Under the pieces are notes generated by a model. That model was not told the origin of the DNA and searched no databases. It saw nothing but the letters and a program-made list of their open reading frames with translations. From assembly GCA_013416795.1 (NCBI GenBank), contig RQSC01000602.1, forward strand, positions 1 to 64,000: a stretch of 64,000 nt of DNA, given 5' to 3'. Positions 23,576-33,722 of this stretch are shown here, in pieces; position 1 is the stretch's first letter; every line of letters begins with the position of its first letter. A program made the position numbers and the translations under genes. The stretch is from Prasinococcaceae sp. CCMP 1430. Its lineage: Eukaryota > Plantae > Prasinodermophyta.

Positions 23576-26500
23576 CTACCTCTTGCCGAAGAACGAGGCG
23601 ATGCCCAGCTGCTTGGTGGACTTGGCCCTCTTCGCCGGGGGGGCGGCGCGGTCGCCCGGGGCCGGGCGAGACCTCGGCTGCGCGTGCTGCGCGTTGGGCG
23701 TGGGCGCCACCACGGGCGCCGGGCGCGCCTGCTGCTCGGCGGTGGCGGGCTCCTCCAAGGCGGGCCCGGCGGCGGGCGCCGAGGGCGTGGTGGCCCCCTG
23801 GTCTGATGCGGCAGCCGCGCTCGCGCCGTGCGCCTGCCGCAGCTTGCTGATCGCGGCCTCCCACGGGCGCTTGCTCTTGCCCTTGCCCTTGCCCTTGCTC
23901 GCACCGCTGCTCGTGGTGCGCTTGCGTTTGGGTTTGGGCGAGGCATTGAACGCGCCTATGTCCATCAGCGGCACGGGCGAATCTGTCCCGGCCGGGGCGA
24001 GGCCGTCGGCTGCGCGGTCGGGGGTGGGGACGGCCCTGGGCGCCGAAGTGCCGTCGGATGGGGCGCTGCGGTCACGATTTCGCGCGCGTGTGTGTGCACA
24101 GGTGTCAGCGCACGCGCGTGATGTGCACAGCTGCCGCACAGCGCGTGCGCTCGTCTGCGCGTACGTTTTTGGCTTGGTGCCTGGAGCAGGCCCGCCGGTC
24201 GGCTTGCGCGCGCGCACGCGCGGCTTCTTCTCCGCGGGAGGCTTCGGCGGCGGCTTGGGCTTGGGTGCGTGGGGGTCCGCGCCGAGGACGTAGGCGTCCA
24301 TGAGCCTGCGCAGGCGTGCTGAGATTTTGTGGTTCGCCGGCCATGCCTTCAGCTCCACCTTTGGCTCGGCCGCGCCCTCCTCGGCCTTGGGCTCGGCCGC
24401 GCCGCCCTCGGGCTGGCTCGTGCCAGCCGCGGCGGCCTCGGCCTCGGCTTTCTCCTTCAGCGCTAGTTCCCTGTTGGTAATGCAGAACTTCTTTGCCGCC
24501 GGCATGCGACAGTTCTTGCAGTGGCCGCATCGCGGGCGAAGCTTCGTGCCGGGGGCCGCCACTTGGCGCAGCGGTTGCGCGGCCGCCCCGCACAGCGACA
24601 CGAATGGAAGGTCGCGGTCGTTGCGGGTGGCCTGAAGGTCGCGCTCCTGGCAGCCGTGCCTATGTGCACCTTGCAGGAGCGCCACGTCATGCACCGCCTC
24701 CCACCACTCGGCCGGGGGTTCGCCCTTCTTGCCTCCCGGGGCGAGCGGCGGCGCCACCTCGCCTGCGCCAATGGCTGCATGCAAGCGCGCTGCCTTCTGC
24801 AAACCTGTGGCGAGCTGCTTGGCGCGCGAGGCGGCGCCCGGAAGGAACAGGTATGCACAACACTCACGTAGCACGCCACGTGTGGGCTCAGCTGCCAAAT
24901 CTGCCCAATCGCTCCCTTGAGCAGCGGTACGAGCGTCAGCTGGAGCGCCTCCCAAGTCCTGTGGACTGCCTGCCGCATCCGCCCTGGGACTGGCGGCCTC
25001 AGCTGAAGCGCCCCCGTCCTCAGCAGAGGTGGAGCCTCCCGCCCCAGCAGCACCACCGCCTGCAACAGGAGTGTCGCCGACATCACTGGGAACGTCGTCG
25101 CCTGTGCCGGGGGCCGCACTGCTAGCGTTCCTGTCATCGCCGTTGCCACTGGGGGCATCGGCTGCGTCGCTGCCTCGTGCGCCGGCTGCAGTGGGCTTCG
25201 CAGGCGCACCCTGTTCCCTGCTTGCCGTGGGCGCTCCAGCTGGCTTTGGGCACGCAAATATGTCCATGGCACTCGCGTGTGCAATGGCACCCTCGAGCGC
25301 ATTCACGACACTTTTCGCCTCATCTTCGTCCACCCATGGGGGCAGGCCAGCTCCCTTCACACACTCGGCGGCGCGGCCGGGTCCGAGACTGATCAGCCGC
25401 GCCTCCAAGGCTTTGACATTTGCTTTGGTCCACGCACGCGGCTTTGCGAGGCCCACAAGGTTCACGAAGTCATCCTCCGAGTCACCCAGCACATCCTCCA
25501 TGGCGTCCCGGTCTGGGCTGCTGTTGTCCCCTCCCGCAGACTTGCGTCCGCTGCGCCCGCGTCCGCGGACCGGTGAGAGCTGGATGCGCTGCACCCTCTT
25601 GCGCTCACGCTTGCCGTACACCAAGAGATGGTCGCCACGTTCGAGCGCGGCGCGCTCCTCATCTGCCTGCGCCACCGCCTGCGGCAGCAGCTGGTCCCAG
25701 AACGCACGACCAGAAGCGTCGGCGGCGTCCTCGGGCATAGCGAATGTCGCCACGCTGAACGAATTACCGCCGCCGGATTTCTCTCCTGCGTCGAGCGCCC
25801 TCTTTTGAGTGCGCTTCTCAAGCATCTGTTCGATGTCCTCCTCAGCAAACGCCGCAGCCTCCTGCTCGGCTTCCTCGCCGGCGTTGAGCACAGCATACGC
25901 GCCCTCTCGAAGCATGCGGTCCAGCGCCTCGGCGCTCTCCGGCCCCCCCTCGCCGGAGCCCACGGCGCCGCCGCCCAAGATGGCGTCGTCGAGCCCCTGC
26001 TTGCGGCTTGACACCTCGAAGAGGCGTTGCTCGTACGTACCCTTGGTGATTAATCGATAGATGGTGACGTCCTTGGTCTGGCCGATGCGATGGCAACGAG
26101 CCATCGCCTGCAGGTCGTTTTGCGGATTCCAGTCGGAGTCGTAGATGATGGCCGTGTCAGCAGCCGTTAGCGTAATGCCGAGCCCGCCCGCGCGCGTGGA
26201 CAGCAGGAAGACGAACGGCTGGCCGGCCGCCTGTGCGCCACCCTCGGCCTGAAAGCGTGCCATTGCAGCGTCGCGGTCAGAGCGTCCCGTGTTGCCGTCG
26301 AGGCGCTCGAAAGGCATGCCACAGCGGTCCAGGTACTCGGCAATCAGGTCGAGCTGCATGGTAAACTGGCTGAAAATGAGCACCTTCGAGCCCTCGCGGC
26401 GCAGCTTGGGCAGCAGCTTGTTAAGGAAGAGCATCTTGCCGCTCGCGCTCACGAGTGGGTCGGACGCGCTCAGCTGGCCAGGTGCGGGGGCGTCCTCGGC

Positions 26501-28219
26501 GCCCGCGGCGGCGAGCGTCTGCGCGTGCGCCCTCTCGAGCTCCTCGCGCGCGCCTTCGATGGAAAATGGGTGGTTGCAGACCTTGCGAAGCTGCATGCAC
26601 GTGTTGCGGAGCGCCGGCACGTTGCGGCCACGGATGAGCGCGCCCACTGAGCCCTCGAGGAGCGCGCGGTACCACACGCGTTGCGCGGGCGTGAGCTCCA
26701 CGTTCATAATGACCTCCTCCTTGGCGGGCAGCTCGCCGTTGCCCATCACATCCTCCTTGGTGCGGCGCAGCAGGAGCGGCTGCAGCATGCGGCGGATGGA
26801 CTGCACCTGCAGGGCCGACGTCACCTGGCCAAAGTTCCCCTGCCACTCCTCCTCATCGCCGAACGTGTCCTCATCCAGCAGGTTGAGCAGCGAAAACAGC
26901 TCCAGGGAGTTGTTCTGTACGGGCGTGCCCGTCAGCAGCAGCAGGTGGTCGCGCGCGAGCTCCTGCACACTCGCGCGCGTGGCGCTCTCGATGCCCTTGA
27001 GGCGGTGCGCCTCGTCGACGACCACGCAGCGCCAATGCACATCCGCCAGCGGCGGTGGGTCGTCCGCCCGGAGCGCCTCGAAGCTCGTCAGCACCACCTG
27101 CAGCCGGGGCGCCTCGCCCTTGGCGCGGCGCCCCCCGGGGTGCCACTCGTGCTCCACCACCGCCTCTCGGTTGGGGCGAGAGCCGCCATACGTCACCACG
27201 TCGAGGTGGCTCCACGCTCCCACCTCGCGCTCCCAGTGTCCCAACGTGGACACCGGCGCAACCACCAGGAATGGCCCTGTGATGCGCCAGCTCTCGGCGA
27301 GGCTGCTCAGGAAGGTGACCGTCTGCGCCGTCTTGCCGAGGCCCATCTCGTCGCCGAGGATGCACGACGTCCGCGCCATGTAGCGGTCGAGCATCCACCG
27401 CACGCCCTCGAGCTGATAGTCGCGCAGGGCGCGCCCGCCAGTGGTCGTCGCCGGCGGCTCCCACCCTTCTACGAACGCGCGCGCGGCCTTGCGCGTCGCA
27501 GGCAGCCTCGCCGGGGATGGGCGCGCCGGGCGACGCGCCTCGAACGCCGCGAGCGCCGCTGCGAAGGCGCCTGCCGGCGTCGCCTCCGCCGCCTCCGCCG
27601 CCTCCGCCGCCTCCGCCGCGCGTGCGGCGTCGTCCGCGAGCAGGTCGTCCTCAGGCTCGATCGTCGCCTGCGTGTAGTCGAGGCCGTGCCACTTGACGAG
27701 CGCGGTGCCGCTTTCCACGTCGCGAGCGAGCACGCGCTCGGGCACGGCGTACTCGGCGTGCACGCCGGCCTCCGGGTCGAAGAGCGTTGGGGCACCCTTG
27801 GCCTCGTACGCCCTGAGCTTGGGGAGCGCTGCGCGCGCTAGCTCGCGCCGCGGCACCCAGACCGCCTCACGGTATGACACGTCGTTGAGCTTCACCAGGA
27901 ACTCGTCGCCGCCCTCGTCCTCGCCCTCGGTGCCGGCGCCGGCGTGCGCGGCCGCGTCTGCGTCTGCGTCCGCGCCGCCTGCCGGCTGGGCGCGCGCTCG
28001 CCGCGTGCGACGCGCGCACACGCGTTCCACCTCGCCTTCAGAGAGCTCGCCCTCGGCGTGCGGCTCGCGCGCGGCGAGCTCGGCCGCCTCGGCGGCGGCG
28101 GCCTCGCCGTCCGACATGAGGAAGTCGGCGTCGGAGTCCGAGTCGGACGCCTCCGCGTAGCACGCGACGGCGGCCGCGCGCCGTCGCCGCCGCGGGGAGG
28201 AGGGCGCGTCCACTGCCGC
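23576..28219 (-). CDS. CHD-family (CHD6-9/Kismet-like) chromatin remodeler; 5' end in gap
   Basis: Two chromodomains (FLVKLNDVSYREAVW; ALVKWHGLDYTQATIE); SNF2 LRDYQLEG, ILGDEMGLGKT, VVDEAH, LTGTPVQNN; MQLRKVCNHPF; helicase-C FLLSTRAGGLGITLTAADTAIIYDSDWNPQNDLQAMARCHRIGQ; WWEAVHDVALLQGAHRHG. Confidence 0.93.
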   Translation of the reverse strand, partial: AAVDAPSSPRRRRRAAAVACYAEASDSDSDADFLMSDGEAAAAEAAELAAREPHAEGELSEGEVERVCARRTRRARAQPAGGADADADAAAHAGAGTEGEDEGGDEFLVKLNDVSYREAVWVPRRELARAALPKLRAYEAKGAPTLFDPEAGVHAEYAVPERVLARDVESGTALVKWHGLDYTQATIEPEDDLLADDAARAAEAAEAAEAAEATPAGAFAAALAAFEARRPARPSPARLPATRKAARAFVEGWEPPATTTGGRALRDYQLEGVRWMLDRYMARTSCILGDEMGLGKTAQTVTFLSSLAESWRITGPFLVVAPVSTLGHWEREVGAWSHLDVVTYGGSRPNREAVVEHEWHPGGRRAKGEAPRLQVVLTSFEALRADDPPPLADVHWRCVVVDEAHRLKGIESATRASVQELARDHLLLLTGTPVQNNSLELFSLLNLLDEDTFGDEEEWQGNFGQVTSALQVQSIRRMLQPLLLRRTKEDVMGNGELPAKEEVIMNVELTPAQRVWYRALLEGSVGALIRGRNVPALRNTCMQLRKVCNHPFSIEGAREELERAHAQTLAAAGAEDAPAPGQLSASDPLVSASGKMLFLNKLLPKLRREGSKVLIFSQFTMQLDLIAEYLDRCGMPFERLDGNTGRSDRDAAMARFQAEGGAQAAGQPFVFLLSTRAGGLGITLTAADTAIIYDSDWNPQNDLQAMARCHRIGQTKDVTIYRLITKGTYEQRLFEVSSRKQGLDDAILGGGAVGSGEGGPESAEALDRMLREGAYAVLNAGEEAEQEAAAFAEEDIEQMLEKRTQKRALDAGEKSGGGNSFSVATFAMPEDAADASGRAFWDQLLPQAVAQADEERAALERGDHLLVYGKRERKRVQRIQLSPVRGRGRSGRKSAGGDNSSPDRDAMEDVLGDSEDDFVNLVGLAKPRAWTKANVKALEARLISLGPGRAAECVKGAGLPPWVDEDEAKSVVNALEGAIAHASAMDIFACPKPAGAPTASREQGAPAKPTAAGARGSDAADAPSGNGDDRNASSAAPGTGDDVPSDVGDTPVAGGGAAGAGGSTSAEDGGASAEAASPRADAAGSPQDLGGAPADARTAAQGSDWADLAAEPTRGVLRECCAYLFLPGAASRAKQLATGLQKAARLHAAIGAGEVAPPLAPGGKKGEPPAEWWEAVHDVALLQGAHRHGCQERDLQATRNDRDLPFVSLCGAAAQPLRQVAAPGTKLRPRCGHCKNCRMPAAKKFCITNRELALKEKAEAEAAAAGTSQPEGGAAEPKAEEGAAEPKVELKAWPANHKISARLRRLMDAYVLGADPHAPKPKPPPKPPAEKKPRVRARKPTGGPAPGTKPKTYAQTSARAVRQLCTSRACADTCAHTRARNRDRSAPSDGTSAPRAVPTPDRAADGLAPAGTDSPVPLMDIGAFNASPKPKRKRTTSSGASKGKGKGKSKRPWEAAISKLRQAHGASAAAASDQGATTPSAPAAGPALEEPATAEQQARPAPVVAPTPNAQHAQPRSRPAPGDRAAPPAKRAKSTKQLGIASFFGKR

Positions 28220-28551
28220 NNNNNNNNNNNNNNNNNNNNNNNNNNNNNNNNNNNNNNNNNNNNNNNNNNNNNNNNNNNNNNNNNNNNNNNNNNNNNNNNN
28301 NNNNNNNNNNNNNNNNNNNNNNNNNNNNNNNNNNNNNNNNNNNNNNNNNNNNNNNNNNNNNNNNNNNNNNNNNNNNNNNNNNNNNNNNNNNNNNNNNNNC
28401 GCGCTCCCGCCCGGCCCCGCGCGCGCGCGCGGAGTGGCGCTCCCCTGCGCGCGCGCGCGCGCTTTCGAGCGCGGCACCGAATTGAGAATTCGGATCGAAT
28501 TTTCGAACGCGGGCCGATGGGACATTGGGATGCGTTTTCGGCCGAGACCGG

Positions 28552-28590
28552 ACCCTAAAACCCATATGAAAGGGACCCAAACCCTAAACC
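28552..28590. promoter_or_regulatory. Telo-box-like motifs (ACCCTAAAA, AAACCCTAAACCC) in the CHD/MATH-BTB divergent region
   Basis: Direct sequence match to the plant telo-box core AAACCCTA at 28578-28585; function inferred only. Confidence 0.35.
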
Positions 28591-29155
28591 CGGGCACAGT
28601 CCGGGTTGGGGGCATTTTTTGTTTTCTTTCCCCCGGTTCCACCGCTTTCTTTCCCAGGTCGTCCATTTTTTTTGAGCTCGACACCGGCGTACATCCCAGA
28701 AATGCTCGGGCCGGCGCCGGGGGGGGCTGGTGCGTCCGGGTCGGCAGCGCGATGCTGGGACAAAACGCGCACGCGTGGCGATGTACGGGGGTGCGGGTCT
28801 CATCCCCGGTTGGGACCTCCCGGATGTTTTGGGGCTACTGGGGACGCGGCGGTCCGAACCCGAATGGACGGGGGAGGCCGGGAACTTCGCCAGCAACTCG
28901 CGCTGATGGCCAGCGAAAGTGCTTTGGGGGGGATCTGAACCCTGAACCCCAAACAAGACATGATGGTCCGAACCCGGATCGTGGAATCGTGGAATCGCCA
29001 GATCGATGGCAGCCCGCACGTTCCCCGCGCCGCGCCCGCGCCGACGCGACAGGCCATCGGCACGCGCGCGCAGCGCGCAGCGTGGCCGCCGCGCCAAGAA
29101 TTACGGGCCCGAGTGAGGGGCAGAGCGGAAGGCGCGCCACACGGCGCGCGCGAAG

Positions 29156-29158
<3 letters not shown>

Positions 29159-29212
<54 letters not shown>
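29159..29212. repeat. (AG)27 microsatellite
   Basis: Uninterrupted agag run upstream of the MATH-BTB gene. Confidence 0.97.
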
Positions 29213-29214
<2 letters not shown>

Positions 29215-29397
29215 TGGCTCCCACGCCACGTTGCGGGGTGCGTGCAACAAGCGCCGGCCGCACAGCAACGTAGCTGCGCGCGAGGTGGACTGGCACGCAG
29301 CCCGGGCGCGTCGCTCGAGCGACGCAGCAGGCTGAGTGAGCGGCAAGGGTGGGCGCGGGCACTGCCCAAAGCTATTGAGGAGGCGCCGCCTAAGAGC

Positions 29398-30579
29398 ATG
29401 GATGGCGCGCCGGCGATCACCCGCTGCCGCACGGCCGTGCGCGGGCCGGACAGCTGTGGCAAGCTTTTCTGGGAGATCCAGGGGATGGACAAGCAGACGC
29501 TGGTGGCGTGTGGCGGTACAGTGCTAAAAAGCTCAAGCTTCAGCGCTGGCGGTGTCGAATGGCGTGTTAATGTGTACCCAGATGGCAATACTAATGGGTA
29601 CAGGTCCTACGAGAGGGACCAGAGGGGCGTCGGTGCCTGTTTGGAGATCGTAACGCCTGGCAAGGCTGTGAAGTGCACCTACTCGCTCAGTGTCTGCGGC
29701 AAATGCTCGGGCAAAAGTTCGACGAAGTTTGGCAAGCCTGGCACTGGCAGTTCTTCGAACGGTGACAACAACAGCCTGCTGGAAGATTGCGTGGCCAGCA
29801 GTAGCCCTTCATATAGGACAGAGTGGAATCACGACGATCTCGCGAGGTCTGGCCCGCTCCTCGACGGGAAGCTCGTCATCGAGGCCGAGGTGTGCGTCGT
29901 GCCTTTCGATTTGGCGAATCCTCCGATGGCAACGCAGTTCGAGGTGTCTTCCGACGAATCAAGGCTACGCGCGCTTGCCTCAGACATGGACGCGCTACAG
30001 AACGACACTGACAGCGCAGACATGACTGTCGTCGTCGGCGATGAAGAGTTCCGTGTGCACGCTGCGGTGCTGTCAGCCCGTTGCCCCGTGTTCAAGGCCC
30101 TTCTGCGCCGCGAGGGGGACAGCAAAAGTATCTCGCTGTCCGAGATCGAGCCGGATGTGTTCAAGCTGCTGCTGCGCTATCTGTACACCGGCGAGCTGCC
30201 ACAGGGCGACGCTGCAACGGTTGAGATGCACCAGCACTTGCTAGTGGCGGCGGACCGCTTTGATGTGGCCTCTCTTTTTCAGGCCTGTGAGTGCGTGCTG
30301 ATCGGCAACCTGTCGGTCGAAAGTGTGGGCTACACGCTAGAGCTGGCCGAGCAGCACGGCGCAAAGAAGCTCAAATCTGCCGCACTTCAGTACGTGGCCA
30401 CCCATGCGCGGGAGGTGACGATGACGAAGGGCTGGTGGCATCTCGTCCATGCGGCTCCTGTGCTGCAGTCCGAGGCATTGCGTGCAGCCTTGGGCTGTCG
30501 GGATACGCGCGTCGTGCCACCGCCAGCTGCTGGAGCAGATGAAGAGACCGCCGCCGCGCCGGCGACGCCGACGCCGTGA
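29398..30579 (+). CDS. MATH-BTB (SPOP/BPM-like) cullin-3 adaptor
   Basis: MATH: SSSFSAGGVEWRVNVYPDG. BTB: SADMTVVVGDEEFRVHAAVLSARCPVFKALL, IEPDVFKLLLRYLYTGELP, HLLVAADRFDV; BACK-like LELAEQHGAKKLKSAALQYV. Start codon uncertain. Confidence 0.88.
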   Translation: MDGAPAITRCRTAVRGPDSCGKLFWEIQGMDKQTLVACGGTVLKSSSFSAGGVEWRVNVYPDGNTNGYRSYERDQRGVGACLEIVTPGKAVKCTYSLSVCGKCSGKSSTKFGKPGTGSSSNGDNNSLLEDCVASSSPSYRTEWNHDDLARSGPLLDGKLVIEAEVCVVPFDLANPPMATQFEVSSDESRLRALASDMDALQNDTDSADMTVVVGDEEFRVHAAVLSARCPVFKALLRREGDSKSISLSEIEPDVFKLLLRYLYTGELPQGDAATVEMHQHLLVAADRFDVASLFQACECVLIGNLSVESVGYTLELAEQHGAKKLKSAALQYVATHAREVTMTKGWWHLVHAAPVLQSEALRAALGCRDTRVVPPPAAGADEETAAAPATPTP

Positions 30580-30869
30580 CCGAGTAGAGGTACGTCCAAA
30601 CATCAAGTTCGAACCTCATCGTTGGCGCCGGCCTAAGCTGCGACCGCGACCTCTCAATCGCGTTGTGCGGGGGGCGGCGGCGACGACGACACTGATAGCT
30701 GCGCGTACGCCGGCCATTCGACGTCGCGATAGGGCGGTGCCTGCGAGTCTTAGTCTCTTAGATGGGGGTAAAGGAGGCGCACGCGCGACAGGAGCACGCC
30801 AGGAGGAGGGAAAGCTCCGCAGGACGCAGCGCGCCACCTCTCTCTGGTACGCTCTCTAGAGCTAGCGCG

Positions 30870-31856
30870 CTAGTAAAAGAAGCCGGCCATCGCGCGCTGC
30901 TCGAAGTCAACGATGCCCAGGTATGGCAGGAGCGCCTTGGCGAGCGCGCGCGTGGTGTGCGTGTGCGCGTAGACGCGCCCCGGCCCCACCATCCGCGTTG
31001 CGAGCCCCTGGCCGGTGACCACGGTGGTAAGGCAGTCCGCTGGGCACGCGATGTCCCACGACATGTCCGCCGACCAGGCGGCCAGATGGCTCGCGTCGAC
31101 GATGCGCGCCTCGCCCTCGGCGAGCTCGTACTCTACGACGCCCCCGAAGCTCGACAGCACCAGAGTCTCGCTGGCGCCGCCGCTGGCGGTCGCCGTCTGC
31201 ACGCAGCAGCCCTCGCCCCCGAAGCAGCCGCGAAGGCAGCCGAGAAAGGTGCAGCCGAGCTCCACGCCCTCCGTGCTCGCGAGGAAGGCACCGCGGCCGA
31301 GGTGCCAGCCCGTGGGCGCCTCTTCGCCGCCCACGTCGAGCAAGAGGACGTCCCCCGGCACCGCCGCCGCCACCAGCACGTCGCGCCCCTCGGGGTGCGC
31401 CCCTGACGGCCCCCGCGCCACCTCCTCGCCGTACCTGAACACGGCCAGGCAACAACTCTCCTTCAGGAAGCACCCTCTCGCGCACCCCGCAAAGCACCCG
31501 CCGTCCAACGAGCAGTCGACGTCTGCGAGTTGCGCAACGGGGGGCGAAGGATAGGGGCGGCACGCGTCAGCCCAGCGAGCACGCCGCACAAAAGCCTCGA
31601 TGAGGGCGCGCGCACGCGCGCGCTCACCGACCGACCGCGGCGCGGAGAGCATGGCGCGCGCCTCGGCCTTGAACGCAGCGCCGGGGGGCACGCGCGCCTG
31701 CACGGCTCCGTACGAGCCGCGCTTGCGCAGCGTGAACGCCACCGTGCCGCCCTTGTGCAGGCCCATGGTGCTGCTGCTGCCGGTCGCGGTGGTGGCGCCC
31801 GCCACCATTGCCTCCTGCGCCGGGGCGATCATATCCGAGACCCCGGCCGAGGCCAT
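30870..31856 (-). CDS. AIM24: AIM24/DUF124 family protein, paralog 1 (one intron ~31522-31627)
   Basis: FKAEARAMLS; VPGDVLLLDV..WHLGRGAFLAS; LVLSSFGGVVEYELAEGEARIVDASHLAAWS; GQGLATRMVGPGRVYAHT. Confidence 0.8.
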   Translation of the reverse strand: MASAGVSDMIAPAQEAMVAGATTATGSSSTMGLHKGGTVAFTLRKRGSYGAVQARVPPGAAFKAEARAMLSAPRSVGERARARALIEAFVRRARWADACRPYPSPPVAQLADVDCSLDGGCFAGCARGCFLKESCCLAVFRYGEEVARGPSGAHPEGRDVLVAAAVPGDVLLLDVGGEEAPTGWHLGRGAFLASTEGVELGCTFLGCLRGCFGGEGCCVQTATASGGASETLVLSSFGGVVEYELAEGEARIVDASHLAAWSADMSWDIACPADCLTTVVTGQGLATRMVGPGRVYAHTHTTRALAKALLPYLGIVDFEQRAMAGFFY

Positions 31857-32419
31857 CGCCCGGACCGCCCCCGCCGTGCCCGCCTGCCCTGCACCGCCAA
31901 CAAGTGGACGGAAGCCGCCCGCCGCCGCTGCACCGCCGGCCCGGCGACGGACGGACGCGGGGTGCGCCGCGGCTGCTGCGGCGTCGCCTGTGGCGCCCGG
32001 CCCTCAACGCCGCGCCTTGGCGCGCCCAGCCCCTTGGGTGCCAGCGGGCGTGCCAGCGATTGAGATGGTTGCAGGCTCGCAGCCATCATGGTGTCGACAG
32101 CATGGCAGGATGTCGACTGTGTGTATTTTTCGTGCCAAGGCGGTGATCACGAGGGTGTTCACGTTCACATTTCACTGAAAGAAATTGGTTAGGCTGCGCG
32201 GGACGTGCTGTCAACAGCCTGACATGCATGACATCTCGCGCGCGCGCGTCGCTGCAGAGTGTGCGAGCCTCGGGAGGAGTGGGCAGGTCGTGCGCGGCTC
32301 CTCGCGCCTTGCGGGCCGCCCTCCTCCGCCGTCGCTCGCGCGCCACTCGGCTGCGCTGGCGCGTGCCTTCGCCGCGGACGGCTTTGAGCGTGGGGCGTCG
32401 CGCTGGGGGGCACGCCGCG

Positions 32420-33352
32420 ATGGGGGGGCAGCTCGAGGGCCTGACGGTGGCACCGGCGCAGCAGGTGATGGGGGCGACCATTGAGACCGAGTCTTTCATC
32501 GGCAAGGAGGATCGCCTCGACGCCGCGGCGGCGGCCGCCGCGCGTGGCGGCGTGCTGCCCGACGAGATCCTGTTCGACGACCCGTCCGGGAAGTACGAGC
32601 TCCGCTTTCGCGGCGCGTTCCCGGCGGTGCAGGCGCGCGTATCTTACGAGGACCGCGTGGTGGCGGAGGGCGGCTCGATGCTCACTGCGAGCGAGGACGT
32701 GGACGTTTTCCCCTCGCTCGGTGGGGGAGGGGTCACGCAGGCGTGCTGCAGGTCTTGCTGCCTGGACGAGACGTTTTTCTTCAGCACCTACAAGGGAAAG
32801 ACGCCCGGGGGCCCTGCGTCCAACGTGCTGCTCGCCCCGTCGCTGCCCGGCGAGATCGCGTTGCTCACAGTGGACGAGACGCGCAAGTGGCGCATCGGGC
32901 GCGGCGGCTTCTTCGCCGCCGACGACACCGTCGACCTCAAGGTGGTGCGGCAGACCATCGCACAGGGCTGCTGCTCCGGCGAAGGGCTCTTCGTGATGAA
33001 AGCGCGCGGCCACGGGCGCCTCCTCGTCAACAGCTACGGCGGGCTGGTCTTGTACCGTCTCCAGGACGGCGACGAGCGCGTCGTCGAGAACGGTCAGCTG
33101 GTGGCGTGGAGCGCCAACACGCCGTACAAGATCGTGTGGACGTCGCGGCGCGGCGTGGTTGCCAGCTGCTTGAGCGGCCAGCGCCTCGCCTGCAAATTCG
33201 AGGCGCCGACGGACGGCAGCCCCGGGTACGTGCTCGCGAGCACGCACTCGGTGGAGCGGCTGGCGGCGGAAATGGTCCCGTTCCTCCCCAAGGGCGCGCC
33301 CGACTCCAACACGACAGGCGGCGGCGGCGACAACGGCGGCGGCGGCTTCTAA
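32420..33352 (+). CDS. AIM24: AIM24/DUF124 family protein, paralog 2
   Basis: VAEGGSML; LLAPSLPGEIALL..WRIGRGGFFAA; GEGLFVMKARGHGRLLVNSYGGLVLYRLQDGDERVVENGQLVAWS. Confidence 0.85.
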   Translation: MGGQLEGLTVAPAQQVMGATIETESFIGKEDRLDAAAAAAARGGVLPDEILFDDPSGKYELRFRGAFPAVQARVSYEDRVVAEGGSMLTASEDVDVFPSLGGGGVTQACCRSCCLDETFFFSTYKGKTPGGPASNVLLAPSLPGEIALLTVDETRKWRIGRGGFFAADDTVDLKVVRQTIAQGCCSGEGLFVMKARGHGRLLVNSYGGLVLYRLQDGDERVVENGQLVAWSANTPYKIVWTSRRGVVASCLSGQRLACKFEAPTDGSPGYVLASTHSVERLAAEMVPFLPKGAPDSNTTGGGGDNGGGGF

Positions 33353-33722
33353 CCCGCCGTTGGCGCTCCTCGCTGCCATCTCCCGGTCGCCCCCACCGTG
33401 CGTAATAACATGAACATCATGATACCGTTGACACGCTCGCGGCGGCGCTCCTCCGACCGAGTCGGCGGCACGCACAGCCCGCTACGCCTGTGGCCGCCGC
33501 CCGCTGCGCGTGCGATGAGGTCCGCGTCGCCGCGCTCGGTCGGCCGTCCGCGCTCGTGAGCTGACCGACAGCGTCGCACGAGGGCTGTTTGGAGTTGATG
33601 ATCAGTCAGTAAAAATGCGCCAAAAATATCTGTGCACGGTCCTTTAATGTGCAGCCGCCAGTGGCGCGCGGGCGCCACTGAGCGCGCGGCGAGCAGGCCA
33701 CTGTGCTGCCCGCCGCGCGAAC

